Source of the DNA: Cladosporium halotolerans
Lineage: Eukaryota
Assembly: GCF_011745625.1 (NCBI RefSeq)
Contig: NW_027191453.1
Coordinates: 806,001 to 870,000 of the forward strand
DNA: 64,000 nt
Reading direction: 5' to 3'
This document shows positions 23,382 through 32,859 of this stretch, one piece after another. The notes beneath the pieces are model-generated. The model ran no database searches. It was not told the origin of the DNA and saw nothing but the letters and a program-made list of their open reading frames with translations. Within the stretch, counting starts at the first letter, position 1, and every line of letters begins with the position of its first letter. Position numbers and translations under genes: made by a program.

Positions 23382-23746
23382 GGGGGAGGCTTTTGGAGTT
23401 TTGGAGGGGAAGACGGGAGGGAATTGGGGTTGGAGTTTGAGGGGTTTGAGAGGGATTGGGATTTTCAGGGGGATGGAGTTGGGGTGAGGGTGATTGTAGG
23501 GATAGTTTGGAATGAAGAAAACTCGGGAACCGCACTCGCTCTTTCTCACTCTTTTCATTTCTGTGTTCAAGACGTCCGAATCCATGACAGTGAAGTCAGT
23601 TTAGGTCTCAGCTGGCTCAAATTGCTTGACGCTCGCATTGCGCTTTTATGATACTATGCCAATAGCCCTTCCTCGCCATACACTATACAATCACAACCTC
23701 CCCTATAATCCAAGTTGCCCTCCCCCCCAACGCAACGCACATCCAC

Positions 23747-26410
23747 TTAATCCTCAGTCAAATCGCCATACTCCCACATACCCCTCCTCTCCTCCTTCGC
23801 CACGCGCTCCCTCTCCTTCAGATCCTGCAGCACGCTCGCGTTCCCCCTCTCGAACGCCTTCAGCTTCTTCGGCACCATCGCCAACCCCTCGCCGACAACC
23901 TCCGCGTTCAAGCTCTCGCTCTGGTTCCGCGCCTGCGGGTCCAGCAGCGTGACCCACATCAGATTCTCGCGCGTGTCGTTGAAATCGACATTAGCCACCA
24001 GCGCCCTGTCCAGCGCCAGGTCGTTCAGGAACGAAACCGAATCGGCGAGGTACTCCGGGTTGGTGGTGGGGAACTGCGCGAAAGACAGCGCGGCGTCGAC
24101 GGCCTGCGCGCGCAGCCTCTGCACGCCGAACTTCTCGGCGGCGAGCACGCGCAGCGCGCTCCACGGCTGCGTCTCGCTGTTGCCGTAGTCGATGTAGACG
24201 ACCTCGGAGGTCTTGGCGTCGCGGTCGTTGCGGCGCACGCGCGCGCGGTACCACTGGCCGTCCTGGGTGAATTTCGCGGAGACGATGTCGCCGGCCTTCG
24301 GGGGGCCGGGGAGCGGCTGCGAGGAGCCCGGGGAGAGGTGGAAGGAGGCGAAGTCTTTCATGAGGGTGTCGAGGGAGGACTTGCTGGAGCCGAGGAGCTG
24401 GAGCTTGAGGCGGGCGGTGGTGGGGTCGACGTGGGTGACGGTCACGTCTTTGTAGTCGCGCTTGGGGGGAGTGGCGGCGTCGCCGTTGGTGGGCTCGGCG
24501 GCGGGGGTGTCGTCGTAGTCGTCGCCGTTTTCGGCGGCGTCTTGCGAGGGGTCCCAGTTCTGCCAGAGGCCCTTGCGGAGGTCTTTGGCCTTCTGCTCGG
24601 CGGCGAAGAGCTCGGCGGCGTTGCCGGTCTTTTCAGCGCTGTAGGCGTGCACGGAGGCCAGGCCTTCTTCGACGAGGAGCTTGGCGAAGTTCTCGCGGTT
24701 GACGTAGAGGGTGCCGATGAAGCCGCCGACCTTGTCGTTGTCCTCGACGTCGACCTCGACGTCGCGCTGCATGCAACGCTTGATGGCGAAGTCGTGGGCT
24801 TCCTGGCCGAAAGGCTCCGCGGTGTCCTGAGGGCCGCGGGCAGAGCGAGGGGCACGGATGCCGCCGAGGACGAAGGTGAGCTTGGAGTTCTCGCGGGGAA
24901 TGAGGATGGTGAATCTGCTGCCGCTCTTCACGAAGTCGACGATGGCGGGGACGCGCTTCTGTCTTGAGAGAAGGCTCATCTGGCGCTTCGCCTTCTCGAG
25001 GGATTCGCTGTGGTCGACGTACGTCTGGGGCTTGGGAGACTTGGGGTTCCACATGCCCTTGCCCTCCTTCTGTGCAGCCTCCTCAGCCGCAAGGAGCTCG
25101 TCGTAGATAGGGCTGCGGTCGGTGTCGTCCATGCGGTGGCGGATGACGGAGCAGTAGCCGCTCTCGACCATCATGAGACCAACGTTCTTACCGTTGTAAG
25201 AAACAGTGGCCATCTCACGCTCGTCGTAGCCCTCGGTAGCGGGACGCTTGCCATCGATCACAACCTTGACATGCTTGCCGATGAGCCTCTTGCGCAGGAG
25301 GTCCTTGGCTTCAGCGCCGAAGGGCGATTGCTTAGGGTCGGTGGGCTTCGGCTGGCGGACGCTGGAAAGGTTGATGCGCTTCTCAGCGCCAGCCTTGTTG
25401 CGAACGAACAGTGTGTCGGCGGAGAAAACACGTGAAACGACAGCATCGATCTCGCCGCCAGTAGCCTTCTTCTGTGTAACGTTGTTCGTGAAGACACCCG
25501 CCTGGCGCTCCCTGGCCGAGCGCTCAGCCTGTCTCAGCTTACCCATCTCCGCACCGAGCCATGTTGAGTGATGGTCGACGCAGCGAGCAAGACCCTCCTT
25601 GAGCAAGAATTCCGCAATGTTTCCAACAGGGTGTCTAACCTCACCAACCAGGAGCTGGTTGGGCGAGATGCCCAATATCCGCACAGAGACGCCTCTTTGC
25701 AGTATCCTGTCCTCGACGAACGACTGACTCTCGTTACCCCAGGGCTCTGCGGGCTGCGTGGTGCCGTCTGAAGGGTTCGTTCTCGCGGTCGTGGGTGCCT
25801 TGATGCCAGCTACGAGGACGGTCGTTTGGATGTGTTGCGTGGGCGTGACCATGAGCCTGCAGATCAGCCTGTCGCCGCTCAGGACACGCTCGACAATCGC
25901 ATCGATCGGCTGGCCCTTGTGCGTCTCGGAGAAAGCCTTGGTGTCCGGCATTTCCCTCGCATTTTGAATCTCGGGCAGCTTCGACGCCCACAGACCCTTC
26001 TCGTCGGCTCTTGCGTGTGCCTCCAGCGCTTCTAATCTCTCGAGCAGCTCGGTCGCCTGCGGGCTCTCGGCCTTCCTGTCCGCATCGTCTCTGAGCTTCG
26101 CCCAGCCCTCGCTGACGATGGCGTCGGGGAGCAGCTGGCCATTCTGGAGCAAGACGATGCCGTAGTCACGCGGGGCGCCGCCAGACTTCTGCGGGATGCT
26201 GTAGAGGACGGAGAAGCGCACGAACTTGCCGACGCACAGCTTGCGGATGAAATCGCGGGACTGGAAGGAGCCGGGCTCGTCGTTGTTCAGGCGGGGCGCA
26301 TTGATGAATGCGAGGCTGAGCGTGCGTTCCTGCTTATTCTTGTTCTGTAGGATCAGAGTGTCGCCGGAGAGCACGCTCTTCACCTTGGCTTCCATCTGCG
26401 GCGCGGACAT
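23747..26410 (-). CDS. SND1: Tudor staphylococcal nuclease (Tudor-SN/p100)
   Basis: Repeated SNase domains (AKVKSVLSGDTL; AIVERVLSGDRL; AVVSRVFSADTL; AIVDFVKSGSRF), Tudor WYRARV...VVYIDYGNSE and C-terminal RGMWEYGD. The ATG is at 26410; the ORF track's 5' extension starts at a non-ATG codon. Confidence 0.95.
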   Translation of the reverse strand: MSAPQMEAKVKSVLSGDTLILQNKNKQERTLSLAFINAPRLNNDEPGSFQSRDFIRKLCVGKFVRFSVLYSIPQKSGGAPRDYGIVLLQNGQLLPDAIVSEGWAKLRDDADRKAESPQATELLERLEALEAHARADEKGLWASKLPEIQNAREMPDTKAFSETHKGQPIDAIVERVLSGDRLICRLMVTPTQHIQTTVLVAGIKAPTTARTNPSDGTTQPAEPWGNESQSFVEDRILQRGVSVRILGISPNQLLVGEVRHPVGNIAEFLLKEGLARCVDHHSTWLGAEMGKLRQAERSARERQAGVFTNNVTQKKATGGEIDAVVSRVFSADTLFVRNKAGAEKRINLSSVRQPKPTDPKQSPFGAEAKDLLRKRLIGKHVKVVIDGKRPATEGYDEREMATVSYNGKNVGLMMVESGYCSVIRHRMDDTDRSPIYDELLAAEEAAQKEGKGMWNPKSPKPQTYVDHSESLEKAKRQMSLLSRQKRVPAIVDFVKSGSRFTILIPRENSKLTFVLGGIRAPRSARGPQDTAEPFGQEAHDFAIKRCMQRDVEVDVEDNDKVGGFIGTLYVNRENFAKLLVEEGLASVHAYSAEKTGNAAELFAAEQKAKDLRKGLWQNWDPSQDAAENGDDYDDTPAAEPTNGDAATPPKRDYKDVTVTHVDPTTARLKLQLLGSSKSSLDTLMKDFASFHLSPGSSQPLPGPPKAGDIVSAKFTQDGQWYRARVRRNDRDAKTSEVVYIDYGNSETQPWSALRVLAAEKFGVQRLRAQAVDAALSFAQFPTTNPEYLADSVSFLNDLALDRALVANVDFNDTRENLMWVTLLDPQARNQSESLNAEVVGEGLAMVPKKLKAFERGNASVLQDLKERERVAKEERRGMWEYGDLTED

Positions 26411-27604
26411 GGCGGGCGAATTGGCGGTTCGTGGGTATTTATCGATGTGGGGGAAGCTCGTGAGTGATGGGCCGATCTGATGGGATGGAGGAGGATTGGT
26501 GTCGCCAGGGGTTGATGGCAGTTGTGAATGAGATGCTCTGGCTTTACAGAGGAGCTTTAATGAAGTTGGGAAAATGCAATTGAGCTGTATTGTGTGAAAG
26601 AGGTGATGTTGTTTGGTCGTGTGCCCATCGAACTTTTGCTGCAACCACCGAGCCACCTGGCATTCACCCGTCGAAACGTGGGGTCGGGGAAAGAACAAAG
26701 CATGGGCGAGCAGCGGACCCCACCGCTAGGGTTGTGAATGTGTGAAGGTACCTTACTGTGTACTACATTTCCGAAGGTCTCAACTCGTCATCCAATGATT
26801 GATATTTTGTGCCGCCACAGCTGTCCCAGATTCAATAAGGTCTGGATGGTCAAAGGAGATGGAAGTACGTCAACTCGTTTTGGAGGGTCAGACAAGCTCT
26901 CGCATGGGGTTTCATGAGCCTCTCGAACATCACAAAGTGAGGTAATGCAATGCAACGGTCTTCGAATAAAGGAAAGTTGTTGCGACACGTGAAAGACCAG
27001 CTCCCCATCACCAAAAAATCAGATGTAAAAAGCCAGGGTATACTGACATGTCGAAGAGATAGTGCCCTATCTAGGCACCATCACATTTGGAGTAAACAAC
27101 CACCAATTCTGCGAATTCGAAGACTGTGGCACGCCGGCTCCCATTTCCAAGGATAAACTTGAGTTGTATGACAGAAGAGGAGCACGTATTTCTCACGCCG
27201 CTGCTCCGATGCCCGCCTTCTAATTAAACCGACAAACAACAACCTTTCTCAGCAGCCTGCCTCTCCGAGCCCGGACGGCACTCTGACTAGGTGTCTTCTC
27301 ATCAGGGCCTCGGTTTGTACCAATGTGTCTAGCGGAACGAAATCCTCACTCACCGTTCCTGCTTTCAGCATTACCAACAACGATGCCATCAACGCCAAGG
27401 GTCTACGCCCCACTGCTCCCCATCCCAGTGCGATGCACCACCAACCATGCCGACAATGCCGCTGCGTCCTGACTTGCAGCTCCTGCCGCCAACGTCCCCG
27501 TCAACCGATGCCTGACTTGAACGTGTGTGGACATTGGTAGTTGTGAGTGGACTGCAAAGGCATTCGCAGCAGGGTATCGCCCACAATGGAGGCAGCGTGA
27601 GGTG

Positions 27605-28805
27605 AGCTGGCAGCTCTCATAAAGCAGTGAGGCTTGCGATCGGAGACGGGCTACGGAGGCTACGATGCGCTCGGAACCCTATTGTCGTTGTTGCCTCTGG
27701 TACGCTTGTGAGATGGCGGAGTGGCGGGCGGCGGCATCGGACTGTCGAGCGTTTCGTTGCTGCGGTGTAGTTTGGCTTCCTATTAAAGATTGAGGCGTGG
27801 GCGGTGGTGGAACTGTTGGCGGCAGTGGACGTACTCCGACCATGCTGAGACAAGCTGCGGAGGATACGGGCCGTGGCTGGTTTTCTCATCTATTACTGCC
27901 TCTCATCTCCAACGAACGGATTTTCAAACCTGCTAAGATCCGGAAACTCAGCTGAAGTGGTGATCATTTCTCCTCTCCAGCCAAAGACCCTCCAAATCTT
28001 CCCGAAATCAATATCTCAGGCACGAGAGAAGGTACGGTATGCCGAATGATTATCGTATTTTGTTCCGACCATGAGGAAGCCGGTACGTTGCGTGCTTCGG
28101 ATGAGGGCGTGGGCGCTTGTTTGGTCCCGAGAGTATGGTTGTACCTTACCGTACTTGCTGGCATCCAGGATGCTAATCAGACTGTATCAGAGAAGCCTCT
28201 CTGCATACGCGCTGGTCACTTCCCTCTCGTACCACCGGCGACTCTGCTCAGGGGAAGTTTACCTCAGAAGTCCTTCAAGAAACCATCTACCGGCGTACTA
28301 GGTAGCCGCTGCCACTTCCAGCAGGCGGTCTCGCAAGCTTGCCAGAGGCGACTTTGATGAGCGCACCTTCACAGGCGGTCTATGTGTGATGTCGCAAGAT
28401 GCTGGAAGTCGGTAGATTGGCACCTGGCGTGCCGTCGTCCCTATCGACGGCCTTTCTCTTTCCCTGAGCGCTGCTGGAGAGCTGGTCGGCCGGCGGCGCG
28501 AGGTTCAGGGGCGCGAGCGTCTTGGATCTGCTGGTGGTCTTGCGAAACCTGGCTGGTGATGGTGCCCATTGTTGCCGGAGTTGGATTCAGAGATGCCGTT
28601 GGGCTCATCGGTGGGCTAGGCATATAGCTCTTCAAAGCTGAGACCGCGGGCCTGGATGAGGGCAGCAAGTCTGGCGTTGACGGTGTTGACGGCGTTTTTG
28701 TTTGGGCCTTTGTTGGGTCGTTGTTGGGGGTTTCGACAGGCACGTCGAGATTCGGGTCACGGAGGGAGGAGGCCGCACCATGGGTGGCAAGGCCAGCGAG
28801 TGAGA
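27605..28805 (-). pseudogene. Degenerate, rearranged fragments paralogous to the ORP1-like gene at 29372-32257
   Basis: Minus-strand conceptual translations match the neighbouring gene: SLAGLATHGAASSL; GPNKNAVNTVNARLAALIQARGLSFEELYA*PTDEP versus GPNNNPVNARLAAVNQARGLTFEQLYVQDAVEP; RKTTSRSKTLAPLNLA..AQGKRKAVDRDDGTP versus RKTTGRSKGIPAPLSTA..AQSKGKGRAINRDDGVP. Bases 27608-27671 align without gaps to 31147-31210. Frameshifts and TAG stops are present. Confidence 0.85.
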
Positions 28806-28851
28806 GAAATGGCTTCCCCGGAGTGAAAATCAGATGCGGGTGATCATAGGG

Positions 28852-29190
28852 ATTGGTAGCGCCACGATCAGTGTCCTTGGTATCGGCACGGGCTTTCGAG
28901 GACGTTTCTTAGGCGTGAATCATCAGGGGAGATGGTAGCACCTTCATCCATTTTTAATGGTATTGAGAGGATCCTTTACGAATGCTTATCGAGCGTGTAT
29001 GAATACGGGCGATGGTAGCACCTTGAGTCGTATTGGAGGGACGGATGGAGTCTTTCCGCGATACGTGTCAGGTGTGAGAAGTCACAGAGGATGGTAGCAC
29101 GTCCAGTGATATTGCAAACATAGAGAGGCCTCTTTCACACGATTTTGTCGGCATCTCGAGAATAAAAATGTCACATGAGGTACTACCATC
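28852..29190. repeat. Degenerate ~79-80 bp periodic array with (GA)TGGTAGCAC core, plus one inverted core
   Basis: TGGTAGC occurs at 28854, 28933, 29013 and 29092 (spacing 79, 80, 79). Each unit also has CTTT about 40 bp downstream of the core. An inverted copy, aggtactaccatc, lies at 29178-29190. Confidence 0.75.
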
Positions 29191-29371
29191 AACTCCCGAC
29201 CCAAGAAGCAGCAATGATCCAAGGAGATAAAGGGGAAAAGGGAGTCACATCACAGCACATGAAATCAGTGTTCCCACGACCAATGAGTGCATACGGCTAT
29301 GGTATCTATCTACTGACGCTCTCACCGGCGATGGGTCATGCCCGGCGCTGGGCGTGTCGACCGCAGCGACC

Positions 29372-32257
29372 TCAGTCGTTGCGCGCATTGTAATTGGATG
29401 CCACGGCGAAGCCGTGGAGGATGCGCATCAACGACATGGGGTCGTTGCGATCGACCGGGAGGGGGAACTGCGGAGGCGTGACAGCCTCCCCCTCCGCACC
29501 GGACATGACCACATCGCCGTCGTGGTCGCTCTCCTCGTCCTCCTCCTCGGCCTCCTCCTCGGCCTCCTCGTCCTCCTCGTCGTCGGCGGCGGCGGCGACG
29601 ACCGCAGCAGGAGCAGGAGCCGCCGCCCGAGCCGCACCCTGCGCCGCCGCCTGCACGGCGGCCAGGGCGGCGACGGCGCGGGCGGCGGCAACCTGCGGCG
29701 CCTGCGCGATCAGAGCCGCACCCTGCGCCGCCGCCTGCCTGGCGACCAGGGCGGCGGCGGCGCGGGTGGCGGCGACCTGCGGCGCCTGCGCGGCCAGCGC
29801 CTCCTCCGCCCTGTGGATGGGAACCCACATGGCGAAGTTGGCGCCGACCGCGCTGACCGGCTCGCCCCACTGAGTGTTGTTGATGAGGAACTCAGCGGGG
29901 ACGAAGACGGTGCTGCGGCCGGCCCGGATCTGGGCCTCTGACCAGCCGATGGCGGCTTCGACGTCGTCGTAGGTGGCGGTCTCGCCGGCGGTGGTGTAGA
30001 GGTCGCCGAAGAGCTCAGCGAGCAAGGCCGGGAACGCCTCCTCGGGCGTGGGCTTGTTGGGGTCCTTGGGACCCGGCAAGGCAGCAGCAGCATCGGTCTC
30101 ATTGTTGCCATTCCGACGGAGGATGGACTGAAATTCCGCGACACGGTCGGCAGCGCCCTTGGTGAGCTTGATCTGGAAGCGCGCATGCGGACGCCAGAGC
30201 CGGAGGCGAGTGAGCTGGTCGCGGAGATATTGAATGGTCTGGTCAGCGAGGGCGTTGGCGCCGGCGCGCTCAGCGGCGTATCTACTACGCTGGTAGTCCT
30301 TACGGCAGAAAATGTGCCAGACGTCGTTGGGGATGGTCTTGGTGGCACCCTTGTTGCGACCGAAGAACTGGCTGATGACCTTGCGACCATTGGGTCCCCT
30401 GCCTGTGGTGCGATCCCTGATGTCGCGAGGATCCCAGGTCATGCCCGTGTCGCACTGGAGGTTGCCGCAGTGCCATGGCTGGGCAAGGATAGCATTCTGC
30501 GGACGCTGGAGCGAGTGGCCCATGCCGGTGGGCGAGCCGTGGAAGTCCCGCTCGACAGCGAGCTCGGGCGTCTTCTTGACCTTGCCGGTCTTGGTGATGA
30601 CCTGCTTCTTGACTTGAGCAGGCTGGGCCTGGGCTGCCGCGATGTTCAGAGGCGCGGGCACCTTCCTGGATCTTCCAGCGGTCTTGACGCGCTTGGCAAT
30701 GGGCGGCGTCGGGCTGTCGTCAGCGTCGTTGTCGCTGTCGTCGTCACTGGGCGCGCCATCGTCCCTGTTGATGGCCCTGCCCTTGCCCTTGCTCTGAGCG
30801 GGCTGGGCCTGGGCTGCCGCGATGTTCAGAGGCGCGGGCACCTTCCTGGATCTGCCAGCAGTCTTGACGCGCTTGGCAATCGGCGGCGTCGGTATGTCGT
30901 CAGCGTTGTTGTCGCTGTCGTTGTCGCTGGGCACGCCATCGTCCCTGTTGATGGCCCTGCCCTTGCCCTTGCTCTGAGCGGGCTGGGCCTGCGGTGCCGC
31001 GGTGCTCAGAGGCGCTGGGATCCCCTTAGATCTGCCGGTGGTCTTGCGACGCTTGGTCGGTGGCAACGTCTGGTTGTCGACGGCGTTGTCGCTGGGGTTG
31101 CTCTCAGGCATGCCAGCGGCAGCGAGAGCATTGGCAGCAGAGGCATTGGTAGCTCTCGTCATACTGCGAAGCCTGCGGTCGGAGACGGGCTGCGGCGGGG
31201 ACGATGCGCTGTTGCCCTCATCTTCGTTCACTCTCGCACGCTTGCGAGAGGCGGTTGGAGTCTTGACAGACTTCTGAGGTAGATTGGGCTGCTGAGTAGT
31301 ATTGGCGACGCGGGGCTCGACAGCGTCCTGGACATACAGCTGCTCGAAGGTGAGACCGCGGGCCTGATTGACGGCGGCAAGCCTGGCGTTGACAGGGTTG
31401 TTGTTCGGGCCGTCGGCTGAGTCGTCGACGAGTGATCTTGGAGCCGGACCGGCGAGCGAACGCGGAGCAGTATAGGCAGGCAGGCCAGCGAGTGACTGTG
31501 GCGTATTGTAGGCGGCCGGAGCAGCGAGCGACGGCGGCGAATTGTAGGCAGCCGGACCAGCGAGCGAGCGCCGCGCAGTGTAGACAGGCAGGTCATCGAG
31601 CGACTGCTGCGAAGTGTAGGCAGCCGGACGAGCGAGCGAGCGCCGCGCAGTGTAGACAGGCAGGCCATCGAGCGAGTCATCGAGCGACTGCTGCGAAGTG
31701 TAGGCAGCCGGACGAGCGAGCGAGCGCGGAGCAGTGTAGACAGGCAGACCGCCGAGCGACGGCGGCGTGGTGTGGGCAGGCAGGCCGGCGAGCGACGGCG
31801 GCGTAGTGTGGGCAGGCAGGCCGGCGAGCGAAGAGGCCGCGGCATTGGACTGAGACTGCGAGGCACGCGCAGCCCTAAGCCTCGCCCTCATGGCGGCACC
31901 GGTGAGGGTGATGGAGCGCAGGGGACGAGCCGGAGCGTCGTTGGCGGGCATGTTGGAATTGGTGCTTGGGTCAGCGATGTTGGCGGACCCGGTCATGTTG
32001 GAAGTGGTAGTCGGGTTGGTGGTGTTGGCGGACCCGATCATGTTAGAAGTGGTAGTCGGGTTGGTGGTGTTGGCGGACCCGGTCATGTTGGAAGTGGTAG
32101 TCGGGTCAGTGATGTTGGCAGACCCGGAGGTGGTATTGCCGTTGGCGTTGACGCGCGGAGTCTGGACGGCGTTGCCGTTGTTGGTGGTGTTGCCAGTGGT
32201 AGAGTTGGCAGAGGCCTTGGAGGCAGAAGTGTTGCTGCGAGTGACACGAGGGGCCAT
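29372..32257 (-). CDS. ORP1-like fungal protein (961 aa) with a long repeat-expanded disordered N-terminal region
   Basis: The C-terminal domain WHCGNLQC...RKVISQFFGRNKGATKTIPNDVWHIFCRKDYQRSRY matches the RK.IS..FGRNK..T..IP..VW...CRK.YQR.RY signature of ORP1-like Pezizomycotina proteins. ATG is in ttcaccATGg context; there are several KRxK NLS-like motifs and an acidic tail. Confidence 0.8.
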   Translation of the reverse strand: MAPRVTRSNTSASKASANSTTGNTTNNGNAVQTPRVNANGNTTSGSANITDPTTTSNMTGSANTTNPTTTSNMIGSANTTNPTTTSNMTGSANIADPSTNSNMPANDAPARPLRSITLTGAAMRARLRAARASQSQSNAAASSLAGLPAHTTPPSLAGLPAHTTPPSLGGLPVYTAPRSLARPAAYTSQQSLDDSLDGLPVYTARRSLARPAAYTSQQSLDDLPVYTARRSLAGPAAYNSPPSLAAPAAYNTPQSLAGLPAYTAPRSLAGPAPRSLVDDSADGPNNNPVNARLAAVNQARGLTFEQLYVQDAVEPRVANTTQQPNLPQKSVKTPTASRKRARVNEDEGNSASSPPQPVSDRRLRSMTRATNASAANALAAAGMPESNPSDNAVDNQTLPPTKRRKTTGRSKGIPAPLSTAAPQAQPAQSKGKGRAINRDDGVPSDNDSDNNADDIPTPPIAKRVKTAGRSRKVPAPLNIAAAQAQPAQSKGKGRAINRDDGAPSDDDSDNDADDSPTPPIAKRVKTAGRSRKVPAPLNIAAAQAQPAQVKKQVITKTGKVKKTPELAVERDFHGSPTGMGHSLQRPQNAILAQPWHCGNLQCDTGMTWDPRDIRDRTTGRGPNGRKVISQFFGRNKGATKTIPNDVWHIFCRKDYQRSRYAAERAGANALADQTIQYLRDQLTRLRLWRPHARFQIKLTKGAADRVAEFQSILRRNGNNETDAAAALPGPKDPNKPTPEEAFPALLAELFGDLYTTAGETATYDDVEAAIGWSEAQIRAGRSTVFVPAEFLINNTQWGEPVSAVGANFAMWVPIHRAEEALAAQAPQVAATRAAAALVARQAAAQGAALIAQAPQVAAARAVAALAAVQAAAQGAARAAAPAPAAVVAAAADDEEDEEAEEEAEEEDEESDHDGDVVMSGAEGEAVTPPQFPLPVDRNDPMSLMRILHGFAVASNYNARND
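29630..32130 (-). repeat. Four families of in-frame coding tandem repeats inside the ORP1-like gene (approximate bounds)
   Basis: 45-bp unit (GSANxTxPTTTSNMT, about 4 copies, ~31950-32130); ~36-bp unit (SLAGLPAHTTPP-like, about 11 copies, ~31440-31830); 180-bp unit (PPIAKRVKTAGRSRKVPAPLNIAAAQAQPAQ..., about 2.5 copies, ~30615-31070); and an Ala-rich duplication (AQAPQVAA.RA.AAL, 2 copies, ~29630-29800). Confidence 0.9.
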
Positions 32258-32334
32258 GGTGAATGCTTCTGGTAAGTGGAGGAAGTTTGGTGAAGGTAGT
32301 TGTGGATGATCTGTTGTCTGAGAGTTGACCGGAA

Positions 32335-32753
32335 AAGTGACCAGCACTTTGGAGTCACTTTTGTGGATGGTAGGCAGATGGGAAGATTCCGTTGGTTTAG
32401 CAGAAGTGACTTGCACTTCGAGTGTGATGTCGAAAGAGGCTGCAATGCTTTGGTGGTTGGAGGCAGAGAGGTAAGTGACCTGCACTTCAAGAGTGATGTC
32501 GAAAGATGTTGAAGTGCCTTGGTGGTTGGAGGCAGAGAAGGAAGTGACCTGCACTTCGAGTGTGATGTGAAGTTGTTGAAGTGCCTTGGTGGTTGGAGGC
32601 AGAGAGGGAAGTGACCTGCACTTCGAGTGTGGTGTCGAAAGTTGTTGAAGTGCCTTGGTGGTTGGAGGCAGGAAGGGAAGTGACCAGCACTTGATTGGTG
32701 TTTGGTGGATGTGAATGGATGGAAGTGGGTAGAGGGAGAAGTGACCAGCACTT
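32335..32753. repeat. Seven-unit ~69-bp tandem array with conserved dyad AAGTG-N5-CACTT in the leader of the ORP1-like gene
   Basis: Cores start at 32335, 32404, 32473, 32542, 32609, 32678 and 32739 (spacing 69, 69, 69, 67, 69, 61). The core is AAGTGAC(C/T)(A/T)GCACTT in every unit. Confidence 0.95.
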
Positions 32754-32859
32754 GAAGAAGTTGTGTGGGTGGATGTGTGTGGAAGGTGGGTAGTGAATTT
32801 GGAAGAAAGTGGATGTCGTGGGAGGGAGATTCTGGTCCAATCGTGTCGGGGACGAGGAA

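Noticed and set aside
26411..26698. 96-aa N-terminal extension of Tudor-SN
   Set aside because: It has a non-ATG start and UTR-like composition. Homology begins at MSAPQMEAKVKSVLSGD.
27325..27540. TNNDAINAK as another fragment of the ORP1-like gene
   Set aside because: The match to NNNPVNAR is too short and low-complexity to support.
28852..29190. CRISPR-like appearance of the constant-core/variable-spacer arrays (also 32335-32753)
   Set aside because: The context is eukaryotic with no cas genes, the cores are only about 10-15 bp, and the spacers are related to each other. They are reported as degenerate tandem arrays instead.
32258..32554. ORF-track N-terminal extension of the ORP1-like protein (1060 aa)
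   Set aside because: It starts at a non-ATG codon inside the tandem array, and a 67-bp unit breaks the frame further upstream. The ATG at 32257 has a strong context. The extension is kept only as an alternative hypothesis.
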